Virus record (IMG/VR): IMGVR_UViG_3300030114_000522
Length of the DNA stretch: 64,000 bases
Source of the DNA: a virus
Direction: 5' to 3' (one strand)
The notes beneath the pieces were generated by a model. The model ran no database searches and was not told where the DNA came from. It saw only the letters and a list, made by a program, of their open reading frames with translations. The position numbers were made by a program, and so were the translations under genes. The first letter of the stretch is position 1. Each line of letters starts with the position of its first letter. Below are positions 29,300-39,789 of this stretch, piece after piece.

Positions 29300-32119
29300 C
29301 TATAATGTTACCTCCTCTAATTTAAATTTGTCATTCAGATATTCAATATCACCATTTTTATTAGGAAAAGGAAACATGACCGTTTGTGTGGATTTTGTTT
29401 TAATGTTTTCAAATATTATATTCCCGTAGCAATTCCATAAAATATCCTTATTAGCTCCTTTGAAATCCTCATAAAATATTTTTATTAAATAATCTACTAA
29501 TTCATAAACATTTGAACATACCTTTTCTAATTCATTTTTAAATATAGTATAAATAGTAAGGGTTTCCTGTTCGAAATCAGCATTATATTTATTCTTTGAA
29601 CCACTATATTTAATACTATTTAATTCTGATAATTGTTTTCTGAAGTCTTGATATATAACTACTACACTATCATATGTATCTTGATTTATTAGGTCATTAT
29701 ATCTCATTAATAAATTATGTGTATCTTCTTCAACTGTATGTATTTTATTCTTTATATCAAAGTCTACACTTTCAATATATTTGCATATATTATTCATTAC
29801 ACTATCAGTATCTACAACTGGCATATAAATATTATAATCTTTAGTGAATTTTAATTCATTTTTGTTTTTATTATCTTTCTCTAATAATTCTTTTAGTGAA
29901 ATTCCAAACTTATGTCTACAAGCTAAATCATTTTTTTCTATGTATTTTTTATATTTTCTTTTTGTATCTGAATATAAATGTATAAAGAAATATGGATGTC
30001 TATCTAACATTATAGATTTTAAAAAGTCTTTTTCTTCACCTGATATTTCTAATTGATTTATATATTTCCTATCTGTCCATATTTTAGGGATACCTTTTAC
30101 CTCCCTACCTATTTTAGCTTTATCTATCTGGGCTGATTGTAATTTTGTACACATCTTTAATCTATCAAGAGTAACTTTATATTCTCTACTTCTTTTACCT
30201 TTAGTTTCTTCTAGATATTTTAATAAGGCAGTTCCAGTTGTACTCTTATTAGTTATAGCACCGATAATTGAACCAAAAGAGAATAAATCAGATTTATATA
30301 AGTCCTCATTAGTAATAACAATCTTTTTAGGGGTGGGTGGTTCGTATACTACTGGATTCTCATTTTTATAAACTGAATTAATTATGATTTCGTTTGAGGT
30401 ACTAGCTAATATATCGAAATCAAAGTCGCTTCCTGCAAAGTTATCTGTCTCATGTCCATGAATATTTAGTATTATTCCACCATAGCAATATTTAAACCAT
30501 TTTCTTTGTTCTTCTGTATTTTCTACATTCATAACTACATGTTCACTTCTGTATGTTAATGGGGCTCTCATACAATCAATTTTATTAACATTCCTATCAT
30601 TCCAATATTGAGAATAACAACTTCCTTTACTAATTAACCCATGTACTTCTAGTCCACATATAGATTCCATTAGTCCATAGGGGTCGGATACGATAACTTC
30701 ATAGTTTCCGTCCAAATTTATAGTACCTAAACATCCTTTATCTATTTTTTTCTTTATCAAATTGTATATTTTTTGCTTTATGTATTTATCATTTAATAAT
30801 TGATGATTAACTATTAATGATTTTATCCACCAATTTGAACTATTTTCTAAATATTTTTTAATTGATGATTGAGTTATATTTGTACCCATTAAGAACAATA
30901 ATGTATACCATATATCATCTGAATTAACTCCTTTAATCCATTTTATAAAACTTTCACATAACTCTGGTATTTTGTCTTTAGGTATATCGGTAACTTGTAA
31001 GAACTGATAATTCATTCTTAAAACATTACTCAATTCCTTATCAACATATAAAGATACTCCCCATGATAAATCATTTTTTATACAATTTTGTTTGTATTGT
31101 TCTAAACTTATAAATGAGTTCCATAACTTAAATTGTCCCTCAGTCAATATTACGTCAATTTCTCTTAAATCTACTTGAATAGGTTGTCCATTATCATCTT
31201 TATATATTGTATTTATTATGTAATTACCATTATTTTTCTCTTTACAAAATTCTTCGGTTTCAAATACATTTAACATCCCTTTAATAAAACTTTCTCTCAC
31301 GCAAAATTGACAAGGTATATAATCTAAGCCTAATTCATTACCCCATATTTCAGCCATTTTAGGAGTTATTAAACCCATACCATCAGACCTATTAAATTCT
31401 TTAGTAATAGTTTTTTGTTCAATTTTATCATCTTCATCATTTGGTGTTTCTGTAACCCAATTCACATCAAAGGTATCACTTATAAAATAATCAGGCACTA
31501 CACAAAATCTAGGAGTAGTTACTACTTGTGTCTTAGATTCATATAAACCCTTATAAGCATTAAATTTAGAAGGTGAAAATTTCTTAGTTTTATCTCTTCC
31601 ATTATCTAATATTTTATCAACACTTTGTAATATATCACTTGAACAAAAAGTAACTGTACTAGAACGCCCCTTTCCTGCCGAAGTAGATATTCTAAAATAA
31701 GTTTTATCATTAATTATCAATCCATTATTATATAAATATTCATAATGCTTATCATGTTCCATTATTATAGTTATATATTCTGGAATATAGCACATATCTA
31801 TTATCTTTTGTTTTTCTTCTTTTAATTTGTTTTTGTTTTCTTCACTATTTTTTTCTTTCTTTATTTTTTCTATATTTATATAAAATTCTTCAAGTACATT
31901 TTTATCTAATATTCTATTTTTAATATCACTATTATCTTTATATATGTCTGTCACTACTTTTCTAATAGTTCTTAGCATTTGATTATCTGACAAGGCTATT
32001 ATTTCTCCATTAGATAATGCTTCTTGATAATCAATAGTTATATTATAATCAAATTTTTTCAATCTAGAAGATTTAAATTTCATAGTATATAATTGCCTGT
32101 TTTTCACTCTGTCACCCAC
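29300..32119 (-). CDS. Single-subunit phage RNA polymerase (YonO / cellular RdRP-like two-barrel family)
   Basis: SDGMGLI, IKGML, MRAP, AGSDFDFD catalytic loop, QIDKAK. Confidence 0.85.
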   Translation of the reverse strand: MGDRVKNRQLYTMKFKSSRLKKFDYNITIDYQEALSNGEIIALSDNQMLRTIRKVVTDIYKDNSDIKNRILDKNVLEEFYINIEKIKKEKNSEENKNKLKEEKQKIIDMCYIPEYITIIMEHDKHYEYLYNNGLIINDKTYFRISTSAGKGRSSTVTFCSSDILQSVDKILDNGRDKTKKFSPSKFNAYKGLYESKTQVVTTPRFCVVPDYFISDTFDVNWVTETPNDEDDKIEQKTITKEFNRSDGMGLITPKMAEIWGNELGLDYIPCQFCVRESFIKGMLNVFETEEFCKEKNNGNYIINTIYKDDNGQPIQVDLREIDVILTEGQFKLWNSFISLEQYKQNCIKNDLSWGVSLYVDKELSNVLRMNYQFLQVTDIPKDKIPELCESFIKWIKGVNSDDIWYTLLFLMGTNITQSSIKKYLENSSNWWIKSLIVNHQLLNDKYIKQKIYNLIKKKIDKGCLGTINLDGNYEVIVSDPYGLMESICGLEVHGLISKGSCYSQYWNDRNVNKIDCMRAPLTYRSEHVVMNVENTEEQRKWFKYCYGGIILNIHGHETDNFAGSDFDFDILASTSNEIIINSVYKNENPVVYEPPTPKKIVITNEDLYKSDLFSFGSIIGAITNKSTTGTALLKYLEETKGKRSREYKVTLDRLKMCTKLQSAQIDKAKIGREVKGIPKIWTDRKYINQLEISGEEKDFLKSIMLDRHPYFFIHLYSDTKRKYKKYIEKNDLACRHKFGISLKELLEKDNKNKNELKFTKDYNIYMPVVDTDSVMNNICKYIESVDFDIKNKIHTVEEDTHNLLMRYNDLINQDTYDSVVVIYQDFRKQLSELNSIKYSGSKNKYNADFEQETLTIYTIFKNELEKVCSNVYELVDYLIKIFYEDFKGANKDILWNCYGNIIFENIKTKSTQTVMFPFPNKNGDIEYLNDKFKLEEVTL

Positions 32120-32145
32120 TTATATCAATATTTTGTTTTAATTTA

Positions 32146-33312
32146 TTACATTGCTTGTTTAAATTCTAAATATGTATTAAGTTCTTCCTTGCTATGAAAT
32201 TGTAATCTTTTCATTTTAGCTTCTTCTCTTTTATGTATTATAATATCTGTTGCTTCTTGTTCGGTTTTAACTGTTTTTCTAAATTTTTCACCTAATAATG
32301 TAATGCTAATATTATAACTTCCATTTTTATAGCTATAACCTTTTTCTACTTTCTTAGATAAACCATTTCCAACTGAATCGGTAATAATCAAATTATTCAT
32401 TCTATCATCTAATTCATCATGGTTTAATCTTGCTACAAACCAATTTTTATATTTTTTATCAATCAAACCAAATAAATATCTATGTAATTTAACTGTTTTT
32501 CTGCAACCATTTTCAATTATAAATCCATGAATAGAAATACTTTTATTTGAAACATCTTCAGCTACATGCCATATTCCATTTTCTATTAGTGATTTGCTTT
32601 CTAAACTTATTTTAAAAGTTTTATTATTTACATCATAAACATTATAATATGTACCGTCCTCAGATATTTCAAATCTATTATTTGAACATATCTTATCATC
32701 TCTAGTTTTATTTAGTTGTCTTTCTATATTAGAAATAACTTCTTTTATTCTTAATTCTAATATATTATCTAACATATAATATAAATTTTCATTGTGTCTG
32801 AATCCATAATGTTTTTGAATAATTAATAAATCAATGAGAGCTTCATCTTTGTCTTTATATTTTGTATAGACACTAATGTCATTTATTTTTATATTACCAA
32901 CCCAACTATTTCTTCTTTTTAACAGTCCTACTATTCCACTATATTTATTACCACTCCCAACCTTCTTTTCTTTTGAATTATCTAATGAATCAGATATAGA
33001 TAACTTCTCTTTTCTATTATCCCACCTACGTCCACCTAAATGATTAACGAATATATTTGTTTCTGTTACTCCCATAACTATTCTATGTAATTTATCTCCT
33101 TTGCGGTTTTGGATGTATCCATAACTAATTGTCCTCCAAGTGTAAGATTTTATATATTCTATAGTTTTATCATCACCATCGAACCAAAATTCATCTCCTC
33201 TTTGAGTTATTCCAATCCAATAAGTTCCATCTTCTGATAATTTAAATATATTTTTAGATGGGCACATTTTATTTTCCATATTTATTTCTAATACCATATT
33301 ATTATCTATCAT
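32146..33312 (-). CDS. Tandem degenerate HNH/AP2-like protein
   Basis: LHRIVM..VNHLGGRRWDNRKEKL and LHRYLF..VARLNHDELDDRMNNL modules. Confidence 0.65.
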   Translation of the reverse strand: MIDNNMVLEINMENKMCPSKNIFKLSEDGTYWIGITQRGDEFWFDGDDKTIEYIKSYTWRTISYGYIQNRKGDKLHRIVMGVTETNIFVNHLGGRRWDNRKEKLSISDSLDNSKEKKVGSGNKYSGIVGLLKRRNSWVGNIKINDISVYTKYKDKDEALIDLLIIQKHYGFRHNENLYYMLDNILELRIKEVISNIERQLNKTRDDKICSNNRFEISEDGTYYNVYDVNNKTFKISLESKSLIENGIWHVAEDVSNKSISIHGFIIENGCRKTVKLHRYLFGLIDKKYKNWFVARLNHDELDDRMNNLIITDSVGNGLSKKVEKGYSYKNGSYNISITLLGEKFRKTVKTEQEATDIIIHKREEAKMKRLQFHSKEELNTYLEFKQAM

Positions 33313-33629
33313 TCCTTTCTGTTTTTCTATTACTTTAATATATTATTATATTTATTATCATATTTTATCTTTACCAAATTCAAACCTTACTCACATTACT
33401 TAACTAAAAACCTATTATCCGACTTTCTACGCTCTCCTACACAATTTTAGGAACAACTTATCACCTTAACTAAACAATCCAAAATACGCCCTTATTTTTA
33501 ACTTTCTGTAATACAATTCCACTCTTTACTTAAAACGCATTTAAACTCCTTATTTCAATTTAAAAACTTAACATGACAACTTGTTCGTTATTCACTCTAA
33601 AACCTCGTAGTGAATTTGTAATCAACTTT

Positions 33630-34106
33630 CTATTCGAGAATCTGTTCTGACTTGTCCTTATTTATATAACTTGCAAACCTTTCTCTATAGACTTCTTTTT
33701 CTTCTTCGGATAATTCCTTATAATATCCAATATCTAGATAATGTTGTTTATTATCCTTGAACCATTTTAATTTCCTTAAATTTTTAATACTACTTGGTTT
33801 TATATCTGCACCATTTGTGCTAGCATTAACTTCTTCAGCAACTATATCTAAACTATCTTCACTAAAATAAATTAATACATCACCATCTGAGCTTGCATTT
33901 TTAACATCTTTAACTCCCATATCTATTAACTTATTAGTAAATTGTTCTGAATTACCCCTTCTGGGTTTGTAATATGCCAAAATATTTTTTGAATATCTGT
34001 ATATTTGACCATTCCCACCACACACTATAAACGTATCATTTAGTGCTTCCAAATTGTTCCTATCAAATTCACTTGAAACTCTCCATTTTCCTATGTAACT
34101 ATTCAT
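33630..34106 (-). CDS. Hypothetical protein
   Basis: 158 aa, AAGGAG RBS. Confidence 0.7.
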   Translation of the reverse strand: MNSYIGKWRVSSEFDRNNLEALNDTFIVCGGNGQIYRYSKNILAYYKPRRGNSEQFTNKLIDMGVKDVKNASSDGDVLIYFSEDSLDIVAEEVNASTNGADIKPSSIKNLRKLKWFKDNKQHYLDIGYYKELSEEEKEVYRERFASYINKDKSEQILE

Positions 34107-34153
34107 TCTTGTCTCTCCTTTATTATTTAGTATTACTTTAATATATTATTAAA

Positions 34154-34381
34154 TCAATTATCTTTCACCATATCCACTCTATATCTTTTTAACTTCCCTT
34201 TGTCATATCCACTTAAATATCCATCCGAAACGTCAATCCCGATTAAAAAAGCTTCAGTTGTAGTATCTACTAACCCATAATGCTCGTCCATATCATATGT
34301 ATCATAAAAACAATTTATATATTCCGCAAATTCTTTGTCAAATTCCTTTTTCTCTTTTGTACAACCATAATTATCTTTCAT
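34154..34381 (-). CDS. Hypothetical protein
   Basis: 75 aa, AGGAG RBS, overlaps the upstream gene. Confidence 0.6.
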   Translation of the reverse strand: MKDNYGCTKEKKEFDKEFAEYINCFYDTYDMDEHYGLVDTTTEAFLIGIDVSDGYLSGYDKGKLKRYRVDMVKDN

Positions 34382-34979
34382 TGTCTCCTACCTTCATCTT
34401 TCTGCTTATTAGTTCCTCATTTAATTTGTTATCACTTATTGTAATCCCTATTGTTTTAATCATATTATATAATTCCTCCCAATTTGTTGCTCTTAGCATA
34501 TTAATATTACGATTCCAGTCATATAAACCATAAAGTATCTTATAATCAGCATTTACACTTTCTAAAGCTTCCAATTTATCGTCGACAATTAAAGTTACAT
34601 GACCTACTATGCTTTTATCAAATGTATCAGTAAAAATTAAATCTACATTAGGGAATGTTTCCTGTACCCACTTAGATGTAATGCTACGCCTTATAATGTC
34701 ATGTTTTGAACAAATTATCACTTTATTATTCTTAGACAACTCATTTATAATATTTATAGCACCATCTAATACCACTAATGTTTCATTATTATAAAATTCT
34801 TCATGGTCAAATAACTTAAATAATTCACTTAGTTCTTCTTTTGTCTTAACCATGGGATAGAAATTCCACGAATAATTATCGGTATAGATAATTTGTTTAT
34901 CATTTAATTTATTATGTAAATTTATTATACAACGACAGGTATCAATTATCGTTGAGTCTAGGTCAATTACCAAAACCAT
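34371..34979 (-). CDS. HAD-family 5'(3')-deoxyribonucleotidase
   Basis: IDLDST motif I, DK..LIVDD motif, DWN. Confidence 0.85.
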   Translation of the reverse strand: MVLVIDLDSTIIDTCRCIINLHNKLNDKQIIYTDNYSWNFYPMVKTKEELSELFKLFDHEEFYNNETLVVLDGAINIINELSKNNKVIICSKHDIIRRSITSKWVQETFPNVDLIFTDTFDKSIVGHVTLIVDDKLEALESVNADYKILYGLYDWNRNINMLRATNWEELYNMIKTIGITISDNKLNEELISRKMKVGDNER

Positions 34980-35038
34980 TAATTCACTTCCTTTTATATT
35001 TAATATTAATTTAATATATTATCAACTTCTTTATTATC

Positions 35039-35182
35039 TCATTTATGTAATCTTAACCATTGTTCAGCTTTCTCAAATTTTTCTCTTTCATTCCCTTCAA
35101 AGCTATCTTGAAAATTCTTAACTTTAAGACTATCAAATGTATTTTGGTATTTATCTCTTAATGAACTAAACTCTATAACCAT
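35039..35182 (-). CDS. Small hypothetical protein (start MVIEFSS)
   Basis: GGAGGTG RBS; TTGACA-N17-TAAGAT promoter upstream. Confidence 0.55.
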   Translation of the reverse strand: MVIEFSSLRDKYQNTFDSLKVKNFQDSFEGNEREKFEKAEQWLRLHK

Positions 35183-35276
35183 ATTTTCACCTCCCTTTAT
35201 GTATTTCTTTCTTACAAGTATTATCTTAACATATTTTAATTTGCTTGTCAACTATTATTCTAATATGTTATATAGT

Positions 35277-36200
35277 TTATGCCATTCCATACATTTTATA
35301 ATTATTTCTATGATGTTGTTCTATACCCTCATTTAAATATTCCTGTATTTGTATACATTTATTTTCAATATCCTCAATATCTGATTTAATTATATCAATA
35401 TTATTACAATCATACTCAGAAGTCGTCATATCATTAATTATTTTTTCAATACTATCTTTATTTTTAATAAGCGATTCTATTTTCTTATTTCTTATTATAT
35501 TTCCTAAATAAACATCCAATCTCATAAGTTTTCCATCAACTAAAGCTAAACTATCTGTATTAAATTTTTTAAACATGCAATCTAATTTATCTAAATTAAT
35601 ATATACTTCTTCTAGATAATATTCATTTATATAATACGAACCCCATAAATATCCAACTGAACTAGCTATTTTCCCAATATCCTCAAGTATTCCATATGTA
35701 GTTCTATTTCTTTTTAAATAAACAATACAATCAATTTTATAATTTTTAAATTCATATTTGTAATATTTATTATAATCTAATGCATATTTTGATACTTTTA
35801 CTTCATTTTTTACTTTATTAATGTGTGGTACTGGACTATATTTAATAGGTTCTTTATGCTGAAATTTTACTATCTTATTTAATATTAAATTTATATCATC
35901 TATTGAAAACCATTCATTTTGATGGTTATATTCTTTTAACTCTTTATGTAAAAATTGTTCTAATTCTATACTATGAGTATATTCAATAAAACATTCAACT
36001 TTTAAATTTGGAGGAGTTCCACAAAATTTAAAACTACTCTTTATATCACTCAATCTTCTTGTTAAATCATTAGTTTTTCCTATTTTTAATTTATTATTTT
36101 CTAAATTTCTTATTAAATATACTCCTTCGATTTTCAATTTATCTAAGTTATCATAATGTATTTTATATTCTATTTCTTTCATTTTATCATATCCTTTCAT
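35277..36200 (-). CDS. GIY-YIG / T5orf172-type domain protein
   Basis: GVYLI..KIGKT..RRL..LE..LH..NEWF. Confidence 0.8.
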   Translation of the reverse strand: MKGYDKMKEIEYKIHYDNLDKLKIEGVYLIRNLENNKLKIGKTNDLTRRLSDIKSSFKFCGTPPNLKVECFIEYTHSIELEQFLHKELKEYNHQNEWFSIDDINLILNKIVKFQHKEPIKYSPVPHINKVKNEVKVSKYALDYNKYYKYEFKNYKIDCIVYLKRNRTTYGILEDIGKIASSVGYLWGSYYINEYYLEEVYINLDKLDCMFKKFNTDSLALVDGKLMRLDVYLGNIIRNKKIESLIKNKDSIEKIINDMTTSEYDCNNIDIIKSDIEDIENKCIQIQEYLNEGIEQHHRNNYKMYGMA

Positions 36201-36428
36201 ATTTGGTCATTTAATCATTTTATGTAGCTAATACATATTATTATCTCTTGTTTACTTAATATTCCTAGCTAAAATACTATTTTGTATGTAAAAATACACT
36301 ATTAATTTAGGTATACCCTTAAATTTTCGTATGTATAAACACACTACAATGGAGGTGTAATAAGAGAGAATAAATATATAATAAGAGATAATAAGAAATC
36401 TCCTGTCCGTCTAAAAGCCGACCAGAAT

Positions 36429-37424
36429 TTATTTTCCTTTTTTCTTATTTAGTTTGTTTTGGTATTTTAATTTGTATTCTTCTATATTGGTATTTAATAA
36501 TTCTAGTTCTTCTACTTCTTTTACTGTTATAGTTTTATTATTTAATTTCTTAGTTAAAAATCCTTTTCTGCCATATATAGATTTCATGTTAATTCTATTA
36601 TCATCTAATATTATATATCCTTTGCCCTCATAGTAATTATGTTGTTGCTTTAATCCTTCTTTTAATTCTAGTTCTATAAAGTCTCCTTTGACTATATTTG
36701 TTATGATGTATATATTGGCACAATCAGTTATTGTTTTGTTCATATCATTTTCAAGATATTTTTTACCTAAGTTTTTATATTCTATCATTCCTAAATTTTT
36801 AAGTTTAGTTATATATTCTACTATGTGACTTTCACTTGTATATGTATATTCTGCTATATTTTTATAACTTGGATATGCAACCTGAGCTTTTCCTCCATCT
36901 TTTTGTATATTTCCACCATTAATTTTCTTTCTTTTATTTGATTTACATTTTAAGTATAAATATACTTTTAATAAGTTTATATTCTCTTTATTGCTTGTAC
37001 TACTTGATATTATTTTATTCAATTCACTTTGTTCTAAGGAAACATATTTATCAATATCAATTAATTTTACAGTGTTAAATGTTATCAAATCATTATGCTT
37101 TGATTTATTTATATTATCTTTAGTATTTATATATTTTAATTTGCATAAGTCGTTTAATATGTTTTTAAATTCAGTTTTAGTTCTATCATTATTATAATAT
37201 CCACATCTGTTTATTAATTTGCTAATGGATATATCACATTCCACTGTATAATTTGTCCTGATATATAACTGATATAGTATTAATATTACTTTACTGTCCT
37301 TTATATTTGTTAAAATACTATTATCTTTTACACATTTATTCTTTTCTATGAACTCATCTTCTATAGTTTCATAGAATAATATAGTTGGTATTTTAGCAAA
37401 TAATTTTTTATTATATTCTTCCAA
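36429..37424 (-). CDS. Winged-HTH replication-initiator-like protein
   Basis: VYLYLK..AYPSYKNIAEYT..YITKLKNLGMI pattern. Confidence 0.55.
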   Translation of the reverse strand: MEEYNKKLFAKIPTILFYETIEDEFIEKNKCVKDNSILTNIKDSKVILILYQLYIRTNYTVECDISISKLINRCGYYNNDRTKTEFKNILNDLCKLKYINTKDNINKSKHNDLITFNTVKLIDIDKYVSLEQSELNKIISSSTSNKENINLLKVYLYLKCKSNKRKKINGGNIQKDGGKAQVAYPSYKNIAEYTYTSESHIVEYITKLKNLGMIEYKNLGKKYLENDMNKTITDCANIYIITNIVKGDFIELELKEGLKQQHNYYEGKGYIILDDNRINMKSIYGRKGFLTKKLNNKTITVKEVEELELLNTNIEEYKLKYQNKLNKKKGK

Positions 37425-37698
37425 TTCTCTTCCCTTCTTCCCTATTTTAATTCTTAGTCACATACTACCACATATAAAAATATAAGTCAACTATTACTCT
37501 AATTTATTATATAGTTTCTAAAATACCACATTTGTAAAAAACATTTCTATCCATCACAATAAAAAAAGAAGTAATATTACACTACTTCTTGCATATAATA
37601 TTATGTTAGGGTTAAATGCCATTATAAGGCTCAAATTAGCGTTCTAGTTTTAAGACGACAACTTATACCTTTTATGTTCTATCTCGTCTAATTAGGGC

Positions 37699-38613
37699 TT
37701 ACTTTTGGGTTTCTTTAAGTAAATTTGATACAAAGCTATTATCAGCTTCAATATCAATAGCTATTTCTTCTTTAGAATCACTTTTATCCCAACCAAGTAA
37801 TTTTTCTTCTACTAATTTCATATGTTTTTCATCCTTTGATTCAGGTCTACCTTCAAAATTATTAAAGGTGTTTTGTTTACTCTTTTTACTATCATTTTGT
37901 AGTCGAATAATACTTTCATTTTTTTTCTCTATATAAAATTTAATCCCTACTGCTTTAGTTCCTAATTTAAGAACTTCATAATCTACATTTAAATCAGTTT
38001 TTAAGTTAATTTCATCTATAGACGGAATCAATATTCTACTAGTAATATTATTAAATCTATCATAAGATTTTTGATTCAATTTTAATATTTTTTTAAATTC
38101 TTCTAGTGTATAAGCTACTTCATGTTTGAATGAACTACTTTTTGATAGTTGATATATCCTTATAGAATATTTAGAAGTTAAATCTAGAATATTTGCTAGT
38201 TTAAAACTAGTAAATAAATCTTCCAGTTGAACTAAATATGGTTCTAATTCCTCGTTAATTTTCATCATTACAGAACCTTCTTTTTTCTTATGTTTTGCAT
38301 AAGTAACTATATTAAACATTTCCCAATCACCATTAGGTTGTTTTATTTCAATAATTTTCTTCATTAAACTCCTACAAGCTTTTGGTAAATCTCGATATAA
38401 TGGCTCTACACTTATATTCATTAAATCAGCTATGTCACGTATTCTAAATGTAGTCCTATATGTTTTTATGTCACCTTTTTTAATTGTAGATATCAATATC
38501 ATTAACAATTTTTGTTCTAATGATGTCATCTCATAACTAGCATGAACAAACATATTATCCTGCACAACTAAATTATTATCTTTTAAATTTAATTCCAATT
38601 GTTCATATCCCAC
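37699..38613 (-). CDS. Rep_3 (RepB-type) plasmid replication initiator
   Basis: VVQDN..EQKL, LTSKYSIRIYQL, ILIPSIDEIN motifs; iterons immediately upstream. Confidence 0.9.
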   Translation of the reverse strand: MGYEQLELNLKDNNLVVQDNMFVHASYEMTSLEQKLLMILISTIKKGDIKTYRTTFRIRDIADLMNISVEPLYRDLPKACRSLMKKIIEIKQPNGDWEMFNIVTYAKHKKKEGSVMMKINEELEPYLVQLEDLFTSFKLANILDLTSKYSIRIYQLSKSSSFKHEVAYTLEEFKKILKLNQKSYDRFNNITSRILIPSIDEINLKTDLNVDYEVLKLGTKAVGIKFYIEKKNESIIRLQNDSKKSKQNTFNNFEGRPESKDEKHMKLVEEKLLGWDKSDSKEEIAIDIEADNSFVSNLLKETQK

Positions 38614-38632
38614 ACTTAAATCCTCCTAAAGT

Positions 38633-38891
38633 TACTATCAATTTGTAGTTTAATACTATCAATATGTAGTCTACACACCTACATATCTTTAGTCAACATA
38701 CTATCAATTTGTAGTCATTATATATCATTCTGTAGTTCATTACTATCAATTTGTAGTTTAAAGGCTTTCTAATCCTTTGATTTTACTACTATAAGGCACT
38801 CTCTTAATAGTATTAAATAGAGATTTAAAATAAATAAAACACATACTATCATTTTGTAGTTCACTAATAATTTCACTATCATTTTGTAGTT
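38633..38891. repeat. Iteron array / plasmid origin
   Basis: Consensus ACTATCAWTTTGTAGTY at 38633, 38654, (38677 degenerate), 38699, 38720, 38741 (~21-22 bp period), AT-rich spacer, then 38844 and 38874. Confidence 0.9.
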
Positions 38892-39039
38892 GATTGTTTT
38901 AGTCCACTTATTCGCTTTATACAGACTAAAAGTTTGGAGATGACAACTATTACTCTTTTAGTTCTATCTCAATTCATACGTCCTGTCTGATATCATACAA
39001 TAGTTTCTAATGCGACAAGATTATTTTTATGTTGAGTTG

Positions 39040-39768
39040 TTACTTCTTGAAGTGCAAGAATTTGCTAAATAGTGATTTAGACTTTTCAAGTTCAAGTTCC
39101 TTTTTAAGAGTTTCTATTTCTTCTTGTTTTTTATCAATCTTATTTCTCATTGCAGTAGTTTCTTTGGAATACAGTCTTTCTAATTCCTTATCCTTATTTT
39201 GATTACTCTGTTCTAAGGACTGCATTTTATCTGTCAGTATCTCTATATTATTAAGCATTATATCTTTAGTTTGATTCATAGCATCTAAGGATACTTGTGC
39301 TATTTTCATAGCTTCTTCTTTAAAAGAACCAGTAATATCATTAGTTAGTTGAGTCTTAATTTGATTAACTATTTTGTCAGTTTCTTTTTTTATTTCTATA
39401 GTTACATTTTTAGCAATTACTTGTGAGTCTATCTTAGTTAAATTTTCTTTAATTATTCCAGTTTCTCTATCTATTAACCCATGAGAATTATTCTTAAAAT
39501 AATTTACAACTTCATCATAAGGCATTTCATCTTTTATTAAATCTACAGCTAGTTCTAACTTTTCAAAATCATTTTGAGAAATCATATCGGTTTTTTCAAA
39601 AAAATTATTATCAGCACTGGCTTTATTTAATTTAAAAATCAAATGGTTTACTTTAGTGGTGCTTATATTAAGTTTTTTAGCTACTTCTTCAATAGTGTAA
39701 TTTATAATTTCAGACGTTTCTACTTCCTGAAAGTTTGTATCTATAATCTTGTTAGTATTAGTAGTCAT
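39040..39768 (-). CDS. tubY: TubY-like partition regulator (HTH, coiled coil, amphipathic tail)
   Basis: YTIEEVAKKLNIS HTH, coiled coil, C-terminal KSLFSKFLHFKK; adjacent to tubRZ. Confidence 0.7.
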   Translation of the reverse strand: MTTNTNKIIDTNFQEVETSEIINYTIEEVAKKLNISTTKVNHLIFKLNKASADNNFFEKTDMISQNDFEKLELAVDLIKDEMPYDEVVNYFKNNSHGLIDRETGIIKENLTKIDSQVIAKNVTIEIKKETDKIVNQIKTQLTNDITGSFKEEAMKIAQVSLDAMNQTKDIMLNNIEILTDKMQSLEQSNQNKDKELERLYSKETTAMRNKIDKKQEEIETLKKELELEKSKSLFSKFLHFKK

Positions 39769-39789
39769 AAATTATATTACCTCCAAATA

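Noticed and set aside
37584-37611. dif-like site ACTTCTTGCAT-ATAATA-TTATGTTAGGG
   Set aside because: Partial match only; the left arm is explained by the rep terminator stem.
38633-38758. Regularly spaced repeats as a CRISPR array
   Set aside because: Period is ~21-22 bp with 3-5 nt gaps, next to a Rep_3 gene: these are iterons. No cas genes are present.
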